The notes under the pieces are model-generated. The model made no database searches, was not told the origin of the DNA, and saw only the letters and a list, made by a program, of their open reading frames with translations. Shown here one piece after another: positions 1 to 12,310 of a stretch of DNA of 64,000 nt. Positions within the stretch are counted from its first letter, which is position 1. Each line of letters begins with the position of its first letter. The position numbers and the translations under genes were made by a program. Source of the stretch: a virus (Duplodnaviria > Caudoviricetes); the IMG/VR virus record IMGVR_UViG_3300013426_000014, positions 160,001 to 224,000 of that record. One strand, 5' to 3'.

Positions 1-3000
1 GTCTTACTGTAAATCTCTGATCATACTGATCACTTGCAGTCTTATTGATATATACATAACCCTTTCTGTCTTCCGCCGCTGTGTTTGCTGTTATCGACAA
101 TGTCACCGAACTATTACCTACGCCGGATGTCTTGTTCGATGTGATCCATGAGTCACTGGTCGTTATCGTTCATCCTCTATTACATGCATCATCTAATGTA
201 ACATAATTACTGATGGCGGAATTATTCTTCAACGACGATCAACTGCTCGATGTAAAATATGGAACGCGCTGTCCGGGCCAGTAAAATATACATGACTGTA
301 GGTACGAACCGGTATTCTTATTACAAAGGGTCAGCGTAAAACTGAAGTCACAGTCTGGATTGGCAGTGTTGCCTGCGCCGATATAAATATTGATTCTCTT
401 GTCGCCTGTCCCGCTTAATATGTTCTGTGTGTCTGGAAGATTTCCACTTGGATCCATGGCGATGTCACCGGTGTCGTCATCACGGACATATATATAACCA
501 CCTGCAGGATCTTCATCAATCCAAGAGTTCGGACCGGATGTCGCGGTGAGCATTACAAACCATCCGACGTTGTCAGGATCTGTGATATTCGCATATATGT
601 CGCCGGCGATGTCCATGTCAAAATCCTCATTTGTCGTTCCGAGATCCCATGACGGCATCACGATGTTGGCGTCCTGCGTCCAATACCAGTTCGGCAATTG
701 GCTGTCTGAACTGGCCTTGTATCCGGAAAATATGGAGTTATATGCAACTCCGCCGTACCTTGTGCTCGTGCCGGTCCACGCCGGCGCGGTGACTGTGAGC
801 ACGTCGCCGTCATACAGGTATCCGCCGGTCCACGCGGATGTCGATCCGTTCCGCGTCAAGGTCGCCGTGTATACATCACCGTAACTCGAATGTGACGTGT
901 ACATGACATAATATACGGAATCATCGCGGTCCGTCACGGTGGATGTAACGCTCCCCGCCGATCCTCCGCCGTATTTCCAGTAATAATATTTCGTCACACT
1001 CGCGTTGACATTCAACGTCCGGGTGTCGCCGCCGGCGGATGACATGTTGGTCATGGAACTGTTTATGGCGTTATAACTGTACTTGCGCTCTATCTTGCCG
1101 TCGCTGCCTGCCTTTTCCACCTTCTCGTCACCGTTCTGTGTCCATGACGCCGTCGCCGTCTTCGTGCCTGTTCCGGCAGAGTCTGTGACGGTCGCGGTCA
1201 GCGACACGGTCCGGGTCGAGGTTGTATTGACGTTCGTCGACGCCATCAGGTAAAGTTTCGATCCGCCCGACGCTGTCGACGATGACGCCGCGCCAGAGCT
1301 CGACGTCGCGGTCGTCCACGCTCCGTTCGATCCTGTTATGCTCGCGGTCACGTTAGAATACGATCCCTCCCCGTTCGACGTCCCCGCCACGGTTCAGTAG
1401 TATACCGGCTTGCGCCGCGCGGTCAGCGTCACGTACGTTCCCGATATGTATCCGCTCGCGTTGCAGGCTATGTTCGCCGTCGATCCCTTCGAGAGCGACA
1501 CGTCATAATAATAGTGATGCGTGTACGTCGTGTCACCGGACTGCGTCACCGACTTCGACGCGGTGAGTCCGGACGTCGAGGACGAGCAGTTGCCCGAATC
1601 GGACGATGATACCGACACCGTCGCGGTCCTGCTCGACGATGTCCCACCGTTCGACGGCACATATAGGTACGCCTCGGTAGATGGCGTCATCGACGTTATC
1701 TTCGTGCCGGACGAGTTCCTGATTTCCGCCCCTGATATGCCGGATACAGATACGGTGAATGACCGCGCACTGTCCGTGTGCGTGGTCGAGCCGTAACTCT
1801 CTACCGTCCCGTCAGAGTTTCATTTCGTGCTCACCGTATACGTGCTGTTCAGCGTCAGTCTGGTGCTGCTGTTCGCCGCGCACGCCGCCGTGGTCGACGA
1901 CGCGGTCAGCGTCGTGGTATGGTTGTTGCACGTGTACGTGCTGTCGGCCGGCTGCGTTCACGATGTTGTTATGCTTGCTTCTTCTCCGCTGCACACATTC
2001 GTAAAGGCGACGTTAATATTAACATTTTTCGCCGACTTATTGTAAGCGTTCGATGTGACGCCGTACAGATAGATCTTCGTGCCGCCGGTCACTTTCGTCA
2101 GTTTCGTGCCGGACGAGTTCGACGGCGTGCATCGGTCGCCGGACACAGAGAATGATGTCGTCGTGTCGGTTACCGCCGTCCCGTAATATGTGGTTCCGGC
2201 GACGTCTCACTGATACTTCGGTGTCCTTTTCACCGTCAGCGTCGCGTATCCGTACGAGCTCGACGCCACTCCGGACGATCCTGTCACTGACGGGTTCCAT
2301 GACGAGCTCGCCTTCGTCAGTGTCGTCCCGTCGTATTTGTAGCAGACGAACGACGCCGTGTCGCCCGACTGCGTGATCGTGACGGATCCGGTCAGGCCGG
2401 CGGAGCTTGACTGACAGTTATCTGACTGCGAATTCGAGAAGCTGACCGTCACGGTCCTGCTCGATGTGGTCCCGCCGTTCGACGGCACGTACAGGTATCC
2501 GGCTGTGCCGCCCGTCAGCGACGTTATCTTCGTTCCGGACGAGTTCCTCAGCTCGGCGCCGGTGACGCCTGAGACGGTTACTGAGTATGTCGGCTGTCAT
2601 GATGATGTCTGACTACGTGAATATGTATTGTCGGAATTTCAATAGTATTTTTTCGTGGCTGAACATCTCGGCGTTATCGTGACGGCGCTGTTCGCCGCGC
2701 ACGCGGTTGTCGTCGACGAGCTTGATACCGTTGTACTGTAATCATAGCATGAATACTCACTATCCGCCTCCTGGGTCCATGACGTGCTCGTCGCATATGT
2801 CGAGCATCCTGTGATGGTCGCGTTAATCTTCACGGTCCTTTCCTGTGTCGTGTGGTTGTTGTCGCCGACCGTCACATAGATGACGTCGCCGTTCTTCGCG
2901 GACGATATCGCCGTCCCGGACGAGTTGACGCACGTGCAGTTCGTGCCGGTCAGCGTCACCGTCCCTTCATTGTCAGTCGAGCACGCCGTCGTGATGTTTC

Positions 3001-6000
3001 CCCCGACTGATCATTTGTAATACCGCATCCTTGTGACGGAAAGCACCGCCTTGTACGTCTCGCTCTTCGACGTCCCGGCACGCGGTATCGCGTTCGTTGA
3101 CGCCGGCTCCAGCTTAATCTCATACTCGTCGCATCTTCATGTCTTCGAGTCCGCCGCCTGCGTCCATGTCACGGACTTCGACGCCGCCGCGCATGTGTCG
3201 GACGGCGCGGTGACGGATATCGAGCATGTCCGTGACGACGCGGAGCATGACGACGTCGATCCCGGGTTGGACGATGCCTTTATGTACGCCTTGCCGCCGT
3301 TCGTGATTGTCGTTATCGCCGTGCCGGACGAGTTCGTGAACGAGCAGTTTGATCCGGACAGCGTCAGTGTCCCGTTGTTGTCCGCCGTCCCGGTGTACGT
3401 CCCGCCGCCGTTGGCGTACACGTATTTCGGCGTGCGCGTCACCGAAGCGGTCACATAATAGTCTTTGTTCGCGGAGATGCCCGCCGCTGGAATATCGGTT
3501 GATAAAGATTTCGTCAGTCCGATGTCATATGTATAGCATGACAGTGACGATGTGTCAGGGTTCTGTGTTCATGACGCGGACGTCGATGTCGACGTGCTGT
3601 CAGCCTGACGGAAATACATCGCGACCGTCCTGCTGCTCAGCGTGTTGTAGTTCGTGCCGACGTGTGCGTATACCTTCGTCCCGTTGGAAAGGCTCGATGA
3701 TGCCGTGTACTGCGTTCCGGATGTCGAGTCTGAACTTCACGCCGTGCAGTTCGTCATGCTGTACACGTTAAACGGCGCGTTCACCGCGGATCCAGTGTAG
3801 CCGGACGAGTAGACCGGCTTGCGGGTCGACGTCACGGTGGCGTAAAACGCGTTCGACCCGCCGACCGCTATGTTCGACGATGACGATTTCGCCGCCGATA
3901 TGGTTCTGCCTGTGTATGACGTCAGCGAATTAGTCGCCGACACGGTCGCGGTCTTGGTCGTGGACGTACTCGACCCGTTTGTGCAGGTCAGCGTGCATGA
4001 TCATGTGCCGGTATTGCTTGTCATGTTAGGCAGCGACAGCGTACACGTGTTCGACGAGCCGGACGCGGATGTCGTGCCTGACAGCGTATACTTCGAGTTA
4101 GCGTCTGACGTCTTCGTCACCGCCGCGGTGTCATACACGGTATGGCTGTTATTCGACGACCCGGATGAATAAAGATCCGACGCCGTGTGATACGCCCGGT
4201 ACGTGACCGTCGCGGACGTGCCGGACGTGCCGGACATGCCCGGACCGATACCGGATCCTATCGAAATCTCGGCGGTGTAATTTGACGGACTGTAGTTCGA
4301 GTTCGTTTTCCTGTTCTCCGCCTGATACGCGGTAAGCGTGTAATAGCAGTTCTTGCCGTTCGCGACTACATAGAATGTGGTTCCGCCGTAATCCCCGCAC
4401 GCCGTGTCAGACACTGTCGTTCCCTTGGACGCGTATGTGATCACGCCGGCCGAAGACAACGACGGCGATCCGGACGGTCGAGTGACATTATTGGTCGTCG
4501 AAGAGCTCCGCCATCCGTCAGGTATCTGGTTGATGTAGACACCGGCGACATACCATGTGACCGGCGCGGACTCAGTCCCCGCCGTTCCGGTAAGGTATCA
4601 GTGACCGATTATCGACGCTCCCGGACCGAATTTAATATACGCCGCGTATGTGCGCCATTCGCCGGCTCCGTCAAGATCAGTCGTGTCCATACCATACGAC
4701 CCGCCTGTTCCCGGGGAATTACCCGCCATATTGAGCCTGTATCCTTTCGGGATCCACGCATTAATCGTTATCTCGATCAGCTTTATTCCGGATGTCGGCA
4801 TCGCCGACGGCTGGCAGTTCGTATAAAACCCGCCAAGTCCCGGGTTCGTGCCGCTCCCGGTGTTCGTTATCTTCAGCGCGTATCCGGAGTTGTTCGGCAG
4901 TCCGGACGGATATCCGGATGACACGCGCGTGACAACTGTCTTGCCAGTTGCGTTGTTGTCATATGTGTATCCGGCAAAGCCGTTGTAGAATTCGGGATCG
5001 GTTCCGGCCCCTGTCGCCAATGACGTGATCGCTTGTGTGAGCCGTCAGTCGGACGCGGATTTCATCTCGTCCTCCGTCAGCGTCACTGTCCCCGTGTCTG
5101 ACGTATATGTTGCCGTCTGATACATGAGATCCCATTTAGGGGTCGCGGACCCGCCCGCCGCCGGGACAATCTTGTCATAACGCAGCCCCTTGAATGACGG
5201 CAGTCCGTACGTCACGGTGTTCGCCGCCTGGCTCGCCGTTCCCGCGCATGACGCGGACGCCGATTTGGTCGCGGTTCTGCCGCTTGTCTGGTAATCAGAT
5301 TTCAGCGTGAACGTCATTACCGCGGTCCTTGTTATGGTCGCGGATCTCGCCGCGCCGGTGACGGTCCCCCTGTCGACGCTCGTGACAGTCAGGCTCGCCG
5401 CGTTAGAGGATGTCAGCGTCGCGACGCCTGAATTCGACGTCGACCATGAATAAATCGGACCGGACCACGAGCCGTATGTCGTGACGCCGGATGTCGTTGT
5501 TGATCCTGAATCGAATACAAGCGTGCACGTCCCGGCGGACGCGGATGTCACGTTGCTGAACGCCTTCGACTGCTTTCCCGCCGAATATGACACGCTCGAC
5601 GTTATTGCGCCGGCGTTCGCGGTCACCGACTGCACGGCGACATGGTTCGCCGCCTGGCTCGCCGTCCCGGAGCATGATCCAGCCGCGGATTTCGTGGATA
5701 CGGACCCGCCGTTATATGACGATTTCAACGAATATGAATATGTCGCGGTCCTTGTTACCGTCGCGGATCTCGCCGACGCCGAATATGTCGTGCCTCTTGA
5801 CACGCTCTTTACAGAAATCGCGTTCGCGTCGGTAGAGGTCAGCGTCATGACATCTGAATTTGACGTCGTCCATGAGTACGACGGTCCGGATAATGTCCCG
5901 TACGTCGAGTAGTTCGCGACGCTCGTCCCCGATGAGAATGTTACAGTGACACCGGATATCGACGCCGCCGTTACGTTCGCGAATGTCTTCGACTCAGCCG

Positions 6001-6748
6001 CGGCCGAATATGACACGCTCGACGTTATCGCGCCGCCGTCAACAGACCCCATCGTGACCGCCGTTATGACATTCTTCGCCTGCGTCACCGTGACCGTTTT
6101 CGACGCCGGACCGGAAAGTGTTCCGGTCGACGGCGTCGCCGGCGAGTACGAGTAAGTTACCGTAAACACGGTCGACCCGTCGTAATAATTGTTCGAGAGT
6201 GACGACACAGTCACCTTGCCGGCGGAGTCTATCGACGCGGATCCCCCTGCCGACCCTGACGTCCGTGCCACCGACTTGGAAGGGGTGAATGTGCCGGATG
6301 TGTTCGCCTTGCCGGATTTTCACGTGTATACGATTGTACCGGCGCCGCCTGACACCTGACATGCGCCGCCCGACGCGGCCACGCTCGCCGGCGAGGCGGT
6401 TAATGTTCCTATTGAGTATGTCGTGGACATGATCCAGTCGCCTTTCTGCACGACGGTCAATGTCGCCTTAACGCCCCGTTTCTTTGTAACCGCGGTGATT
6501 ACGGCGGTCCGTTGCGAGCCCGTGTTCGACGCGATTGTCACCGTTACGGCCGTCGTCCCTTTCGGTCCGGACGTCACGTCGAGCGAACATCACGACTGGT
6601 TGGACGATACCGTCCAGTCCGTGTTCGACGTCACCGTGAACGTGAGTTTGTCCGCCGCCGCGTCCGGCGTGTATGATGTCCGCGATAATGATATCGACGG
6701 GTCGACCCCGCCTCCCGATAGCAGCCTGTGCCTGTTGTTCAATGCCAT
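1..6748 (-). CDS. Giant Ser/Thr/Gly-rich tail/adhesin protein with BACON-like domains; read with TGA=Trp; 3' end runs off the window
   Basis: ATG at 6748. The listed fragments 6320-6577, 5045-6271, 4598-5020, 4001-4459, 3737-3943, 3137-3454, 2639-2959, 2207-2488, 1958-2146, 1394-1690 and 239-1390 share one frame, separated only by TGA (17 in total, no TAA/TAG). BACON-like motifs SNTDWTVSSNQS*CSL and RG*TITTSDSWIT. Confidence 0.9.
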
Positions 6749-6796
6749 CTCTCGCCTGTTTGTTTTCGTTTTTCAGACGGGTATAACCCGTCTTGA

Positions 6797-6804
6797 TATT
6801 TATC
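6797..6804 (-). promoter_or_regulatory. Putative phage late promoter GATAAATA (T4 TATAAATA-like)
   Basis: The same octamer lies roughly 25-65 nt upstream of minus-strand structural starts at 6797, 10243, 12263, 16127, 17860 and 29997. Confidence 0.65.
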
Positions 6805-6974
6805 GAATCCCGGCCGTAATCCAGATCATATGAAAAATTCACACGGGACAAAATAATTTTTCTGTTTCCGCATATAATTTGTGTAAGCAAATTTCGGTTG
6901 GGAATAGATAATATTTTAATATATTAAATTATTAAACTTTAAGAATTTAACTTTCTATATATTATATGTCCAAA

Positions 6975-7011
6975 AAAGAAAAAGATCAGGTGTTTCCTGA
7001 TCTTTTTCTTT
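6975..7011. terminator. Bidirectional intrinsic terminator
   Basis: AAAGAAAAAGATCAGG-tgttt-CCTGATCTTTTTCTTT perfect inverted repeat just after the stop of 7027-10200. Confidence 0.75.
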
Positions 7012-7026
7012 ACTCTATCTGATATA

Positions 7027-10000
7027 TTAGAAAGTCTTAAGCTTTGTCAGTATGCCGTAATTGTCGATGATGCTGAACTCGTACGTCGACCCGGATACAA
7101 TATCCGGCCTGTCTTCGTTCCACATCGTGACACCGGTAAACGTGACGCTGCCTGATCCGGCCGTGAAACGTCCGCAATATTCGTTCACGATTCCGGATAT
7201 CGCTGTGCCCTGGTTGAGTGTCACGTTTCCTGTGAACGGGGAGCTCCACACATACATCGTGTTCGGGTTGAGCGTTATCGTGCCGCTCAGCGCCGCGTCG
7301 GTCTTTTTTCAGAATTTGGTCGCGAAATTTGACAGTCCTCATCCGGACGGGGCGGCCGCCGGGAGTTGCGCGTCTATCGTCTTCCCGCCGATTGTCGCCA
7401 ATGTGACGGTCTGTCCCCACTGCAGTGCGGACGAACCGTCGACCGCCGTCCAGTTCGCGTTGACGACACCGAACTTGCCGGTTCCGTCGCCGATGAGCAT
7501 GTCGCCTTTCTCGAGCGTTTGCGGCGTGCCGGTCGATGATTTCGCCGCGGACAGTGTGAACGCCCCGTTCGCGAAATAAACAGCGCCTTTCGCTGATGAT
7601 GCCAGTCCTGATTCCGACGTCACAACACTTTCGTATTTTAACGCCTTCGCCAGATCCGCGACCGCTGCGTTCACCACCGACGTCACATAATTGACTACCG
7701 CATTGCTGGTCGGAACGTCGTTGTCGCTGGACCACACCGCGGTCGACGCGTCTTTGAACGCGGCGGACTTCAGCGCGCCGGACGCGTGCGGCATGAGCTG
7801 TCCTGACGTGTTCGTCACTACAGGAACGTTATCTGCCGTCCCCAACGCTGCCCCGACAACCGGCACGTTCCCCGCGGCGGGTCCGGCTGTTTTTTCACAG
7901 GCGGACGCCAGCGTATATGTTCCCGCGACCGGCACTCCTCCACTGAAATACACTGGTTTCGTCGCTGATCCGGCGTTCGTGCCGAGCTTGTTCGCAGTCG
8001 TGGCAACTGACGCCGTAGTGGCGGTGGTCGCGTTGCCGTTAAGCGTCACAGTCCCGCTCTCTGATTCAGCCAGGATTCACTTACCGTTTTTGAAATCATA
8101 CAAACCGGCGTTTTTCGACGATGATCCGACGATAAGGCCCATTTTTTGTGTTGACGACGCGTCAACCACGAATCCTTTATCTTTCGACAAGTCCGTCGAT
8201 ATGTACAGGTTGTCTGTCATTATGTCGCCGTTCTTCGATACCGCGTCAGTCAGTCCGTAACCGGATATTGTGGTAGGGGTTGACCCTGCCGTCACGTGTC
8301 CGAGCGCGTTGACGGTCACACTCCGGTATGTCCCAGCCGTCACGCCGGATGTGTTGTGACTCACTGTCGCCTTCGATGTAGTTCCGCCCGACACGGATAT
8401 TCCGGCGCCGCCCGCGATTTCCGTCACGCCGGACGACGTCACGTAACCCTTCCCTTCGACGAATGACTTCACTGCCGCCGCTGAAGGCACATTGACCGAC
8501 GCGTCCGCCGTGAAATCTGACGCGCTGTTCGTGAATCCTTTAATTTTTTTGCTTGTGACGGTGTTGTCCGCTATCGTCGTCGCTATCGACGACGTTCCGG
8601 ATCCGGTTACGTCACCGGTCAGACTTATCACGGAGTTCGTGAGCGTGTCTGTTCACGGCACGCTCACCGCGAGCTTGCCTGACGCGTCGACGCCGACCCC
8701 GTACACCTTTTTAGTCGTGTCGATCGTGAGCTTCGTCGTGTTGCCGAGATTCGCCTTCACCGTGACGTTTGCTGATGATCCGTTCGTGACCGTAATGCCA
8801 TCGCCGTTAGACACTGTGTTCACGATACCTTTATCATTCGCTATCACCTGTGCGGCTGATGCGGCTGCAGCCGCTGCCTTCGCCGCGGTGTTCACCGCGT
8901 TCAGGGCACTTATCGTCGGCACTGTGTACTTCGTGTCGTTCTCCGTGGTGACGGATGAGTCGGTCAACTGGACGATTCCTGCCGCTGATGTCGATGCGGT
9001 CGGCAGCGACGATTCCGCCGCGGCTGTCACATGACCCAACGTGTCGACCGTCAGTCCGGATATGAATTTGCCGCTTGTGTTGAGATTATATGCGGTATGT
9101 GATGGATGTGTGTACACCGTGTTGTCGTTCTGCCACGGCACGCTCACCGCCAGGTATCCGGAAGAGTCGATCCCGACCCCGTACACCTTACCCGTTCCGA
9201 TCTTGCCGACCGCGTTTTTCGTGTCCGACATTTTCAGCGACAGTTTCACATCCTTTCCTGATGTCGTCGCTGTTATTCCTGCGGACGCGTCATTCGCATC
9301 GACTGATTCTATCTTGCCTTTGTTGTTCGCCGTCACCTGTGCGGCTGATGCTGCATCAGCCGCTTTTTTCGCAGCGGTGTTCACCGCGTTCAGAGCGTTT
9401 ATCGTCGGCACTGTGTACTTCGTGTCGTTCTCCGTGGTGACGGATGAGTCGGTCAACTGGACGATTCCTGCCGTCTTATCTGTGGCGGTCGGTAGAGACG
9501 AATTCGTCACAGCTGTCACATGACCGAGACCGTCGACCGTTATACCAGTCAGCCATGTCGACGATTTGTTTATCGCTGTATGGGACGGATGGGTGTATAC
9601 ACTCCAATCCACTTTCACGGCGAGATCACCGTTTTTGTCAACACCAACAGCATAGACGCGGGATGTCGTGCCGCCGACGGAAGCCGATACATCCGTCGCC
9701 TTTGCTTTGACGGAGATTGTTCCATACTTCTTTCCTGACGAATCCGTGTTGTTTGTGACGGTTATGCCCGTCCCGACGGACAGGTAATTGATTACGTCTG
9801 TACCTATCCTGCCGTCCGTTTTTTTCAACGCGGTTGACAGGTCGGATATGCCGCTTTCTGCCGTACTTATCCTGCTTCCCAATGATGTGCTGACCACGCT
9901 CAACGCGTATGGTGTCGCCGCGGCAGAGTCTTTCGCCTTCTCTGTCCCGGCCGTGTCAAACAGCTTCACATGCCCGTATAAATCCGCCGTCGCTCCGCCG

Positions 10001-10200
10001 TATGTGGTTGACCCCGCCGCGTGCGCCTTCGGCGTCGTCGTGTTGCCGCCGAACATAGTGCCGTTCGCGTATATTTGGCCGGTGTCGGCGATGAACGTCA
10101 CCGATGTCGCCGGTATGTTTGATTTTTTCGCGTTGAACTTATCCGTCGTCGGGAAATAAAGGAAAACGGTGTTATCGCCTATTTTGTTTGTGACCGCCAT
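7027..10200 (-). CDS. Tail fibre-like protein, 1057 aa with 3 TGA=Trp
   Basis: Four in-frame ORF pieces joined at TGA 8653, 8077 and 7339. LAVSVP*T matches the internal repeat LAVSVPWQ. Fibre-like repeats ATDKTAGIVQL and YGHVKL. Ends TAA. Confidence 0.85.
8845..9473. repeat. Near-identical ~140-nt direct repeat inside the tail fibre gene (8845-8984 vs 9334-9473)
   Basis: Both copies encode AGIVQLTDSSVTTENDTKYTVPTI(S/N)ALNAVNTAAK with a long identical DNA run. Confidence 0.85.
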
Positions 10201-10304
10201 TATATCTGCTTGTGTATATTTTTCATGATAACCATGTCTTAATATTTATCGGTTCTTCCGCCGTCCGGGCGGATGACGCGATTAATATATGATTATATAA
10301 AAAC

Positions 10305-10331
10305 AAAAAGACGGGTGCCGCCCGTCTTTTT
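10305..10331. terminator. Intrinsic terminator
   Basis: AAAAGACGGG-tgccg-CCCGTCTTTT hairpin flanked by A and T tracts. Confidence 0.7.
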
Positions 10332-10350
10332 CATATCAGTGATGTTCGGA

Positions 10351-12201
10351 TTACTCCTCGACATACCACGCGAGTGACGTCTCGATCGTCGTCACGCGGC
10401 TGGATACCGCGGATACATTCGAATTTGTCGTGGCGAGTGATGCGGATGTCGCGTAATCGCCCGCTTTCTTAAATGCCAGGATGTCTGTTGCATCAAGCCC
10501 CTTGACCGTCACGGTGGTAGTGTCGCCGCCAGTGTTGACACTGATCGTTCCGTTCACCCCGGTACCGGTCGTCACACTCCTTACTGCCGCGTTAGCGTTC
10601 GACACGGCGGTCGAGAGTGCGGTTGTCGCCTTGACAGTTACCTTCTTGCCGGACGCGCTGGCGTCGATGAGCGTGTCGCCTTCCGCCGTCACGGCCACGC
10701 CGGACGCGGCCGAGCTCGCCATCTTTTCCGCGTACTTGCGCACGCCGTACAGGTCGATGCTGCTGTCTGTCGATTTCGAGTCGTCACCGGTGAGCGTTTT
10801 CTTCGCCGCCTCGATCTGTCCTTTCACTGAATTTGCGTTGGTCGATCCATCGGTAAGTGTGCTGATACTTTCCGCGTGTGAACTTACTGTTGTCTCGAGC
10901 TTTCCGATGCTGCTCTCTGCCGTCGATAATCTGCTCTTGACACTGCTTATGCTGTTATCAATCGCGGAAACCTTCGTGTCGTAATCAGTCGTCTTGACGA
11001 AAACGCCATCCTTTACCTTGAATATTGGGTTGTCTCCGGTCTCATCAAGTGTGATTGTCTTCTCATCCGCCTTATATGTATCGATAAACTCTTTTAGCGA
11101 TATCGTGACTGGATCCGTTTTGCCCGAATCAGTATTCCATGTAAACGTTATTGTTTTCGTGCTCGCATCATATTTAACGTCGCTGAGCATGCCGTCCTTG
11201 ATGAACGGATCGGCGCTGACAGTACTGATCGCATTGCCGTCCTTGTCTTTGAGTATGATGTTCTTGTTATCATACACGAGCGACACGGCGGCGGAAAGCA
11301 TACCGTTGGAGTCGAGCGTCAGGATCTTGTCGCCGGTCTTGACGCCTTTCACCGCCTGCTCGCCTTTCACGCGGGCGTCGATCAGGCTCGTGATGTCCGC
11401 CGCCTTGCCGCTTATTGTCGCGGTAAGCGTCGACTCTCCGTCTGAATCGGTCGCCGTCACGCTTTCGATGACATTGACCTGCGCGCCGGCGTTGATGCCG
11501 TCGAGTTTTGTTTTCTCGGCAGATGTATATATGCTGGTGTCGGTTTTGTTCAGCTTGGTGTCGAGCTTCTCGTATATATCGCCGATGCTACCGTCCACGT
11601 TTTTAATGCTCGTGTCAATTGTGGTGAGCTTATCGGAAAGGCCGCTCACCTGACTTTGCCCGATGCTGATCGCCGAGTTGTCGACATACAGGTTCTTGCT
11701 CGAGTCGACCTTAAGCGCGTTGCTTGCCTTAATGTTGAGACTGATCGTCGCGTTTGTCTCCGCGGTCACGGTGCCGTCTTCTGCCGTTTTGAGCGTGCCC
11801 GACGTCACGGTGAGCGGCGTGCCTTCCGCCGCGGTAAGGACGAGTGTCTGCTGGATCGCGATGATAGAGCTTACCGATTTCTCGAGTTTCGCGATTTTGT
11901 TCGCGGCGTCTGTTCCGGTTGATGTTTTGAGATCATTGACCGTGCCTGTCAGCGCAGTGATCGCGTCATTAAGCGCCTTTCCCTGCGCCGCGGTCAACGC
12001 GTTCGTCGTCGACGTTCCGGTCAGGGTGTTCACCAGCCCCGGAATCTTGAACTCGGTGTCGCTTGCCTTGAAATAAATCACGCCGTTTCCCTCACCTTCG
12101 AGGAACGCTATCGCGCCGGCCGGCATGTTTTCTTTCGCCGCGTCAAGAGTCGCACGTTTTTTATAATATTGGAACAGTGATTTTGTCTTATCGCCTGCCA
12201 T
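10351..12201 (-). CDS. Virion structural/tail-associated protein (paralog family)
   Basis: 616-aa ORF sharing the FIKDGML motif with its neighbours; late-promoter octamer upstream. Confidence 0.7.
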   Translation of the reverse strand: MAGDKTKSLFQYYKKRATLDAAKENMPAGAIAFLEGEGNGVIYFKASDTEFKIPGLVNTLTGTSTTNALTAAQGKALNDAITALTGTVNDLKTSTGTDAANKIAKLEKSVSSIIAIQQTLVLTAAEGTPLTVTSGTLKTAEDGTVTAETNATISLNIKASNALKVDSSKNLYVDNSAISIGQSQVSGLSDKLTTIDTSIKNVDGSIGDIYEKLDTKLNKTDTSIYTSAEKTKLDGINAGAQVNVIESVTATDSDGESTLTATISGKAADITSLIDARVKGEQAVKGVKTGDKILTLDSNGMLSAAVSLVYDNKNIILKDKDGNAISTVSADPFIKDGMLSDVKYDASTKTITFTWNTDSGKTDPVTISLKEFIDTYKADEKTITLDETGDNPIFKVKDGVFVKTTDYDTKVSAIDNSISSVKSRLSTAESSIGKLETTVSSHAESISTLTDGSTNANSVKGQIEAAKKTLTGDDSKSTDSSIDLYGVRKYAEKMASSAASGVAVTAEGDTLIDASASGKKVTVKATTALSTAVSNANAAVRSVTTGTGVNGTISVNTGGDTTTVTVKGLDATDILAFKKAGDYATSASLATTNSNVSAVSSRVTTIETSLAWYVEE

Positions 12202-12310
12202 ATCTGGATGTTTTTTTTTTCTGTTTGAAAAAACGGCGGAGCGGATTACCCCGCCGTTATGATATTTATCCGATGTTTCGCGTTATGATGTGAAACACCG
12301 TTGTTTCATT

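Noticed and set aside
1-6748. TGA as selenocysteine or Gly (code 25)
   Set aside because: Internal repeats align TGA with TGG-Trp, and the UCA tRNA has a Trp-type short-arm body rather than a SelC structure
8845-9473. DGR template/variable repeat pair
   Set aside because: Both copies are coding, differences are not adenine-specific, and there is no reverse transcriptase in the window
1-10200. Fragmented ORFs interpreted as pseudogenes or many small genes
   Set aside because: All breaks are TGA in a single frame, with no frameshifts or TAA/TAG, and several fall at conserved Trp positions
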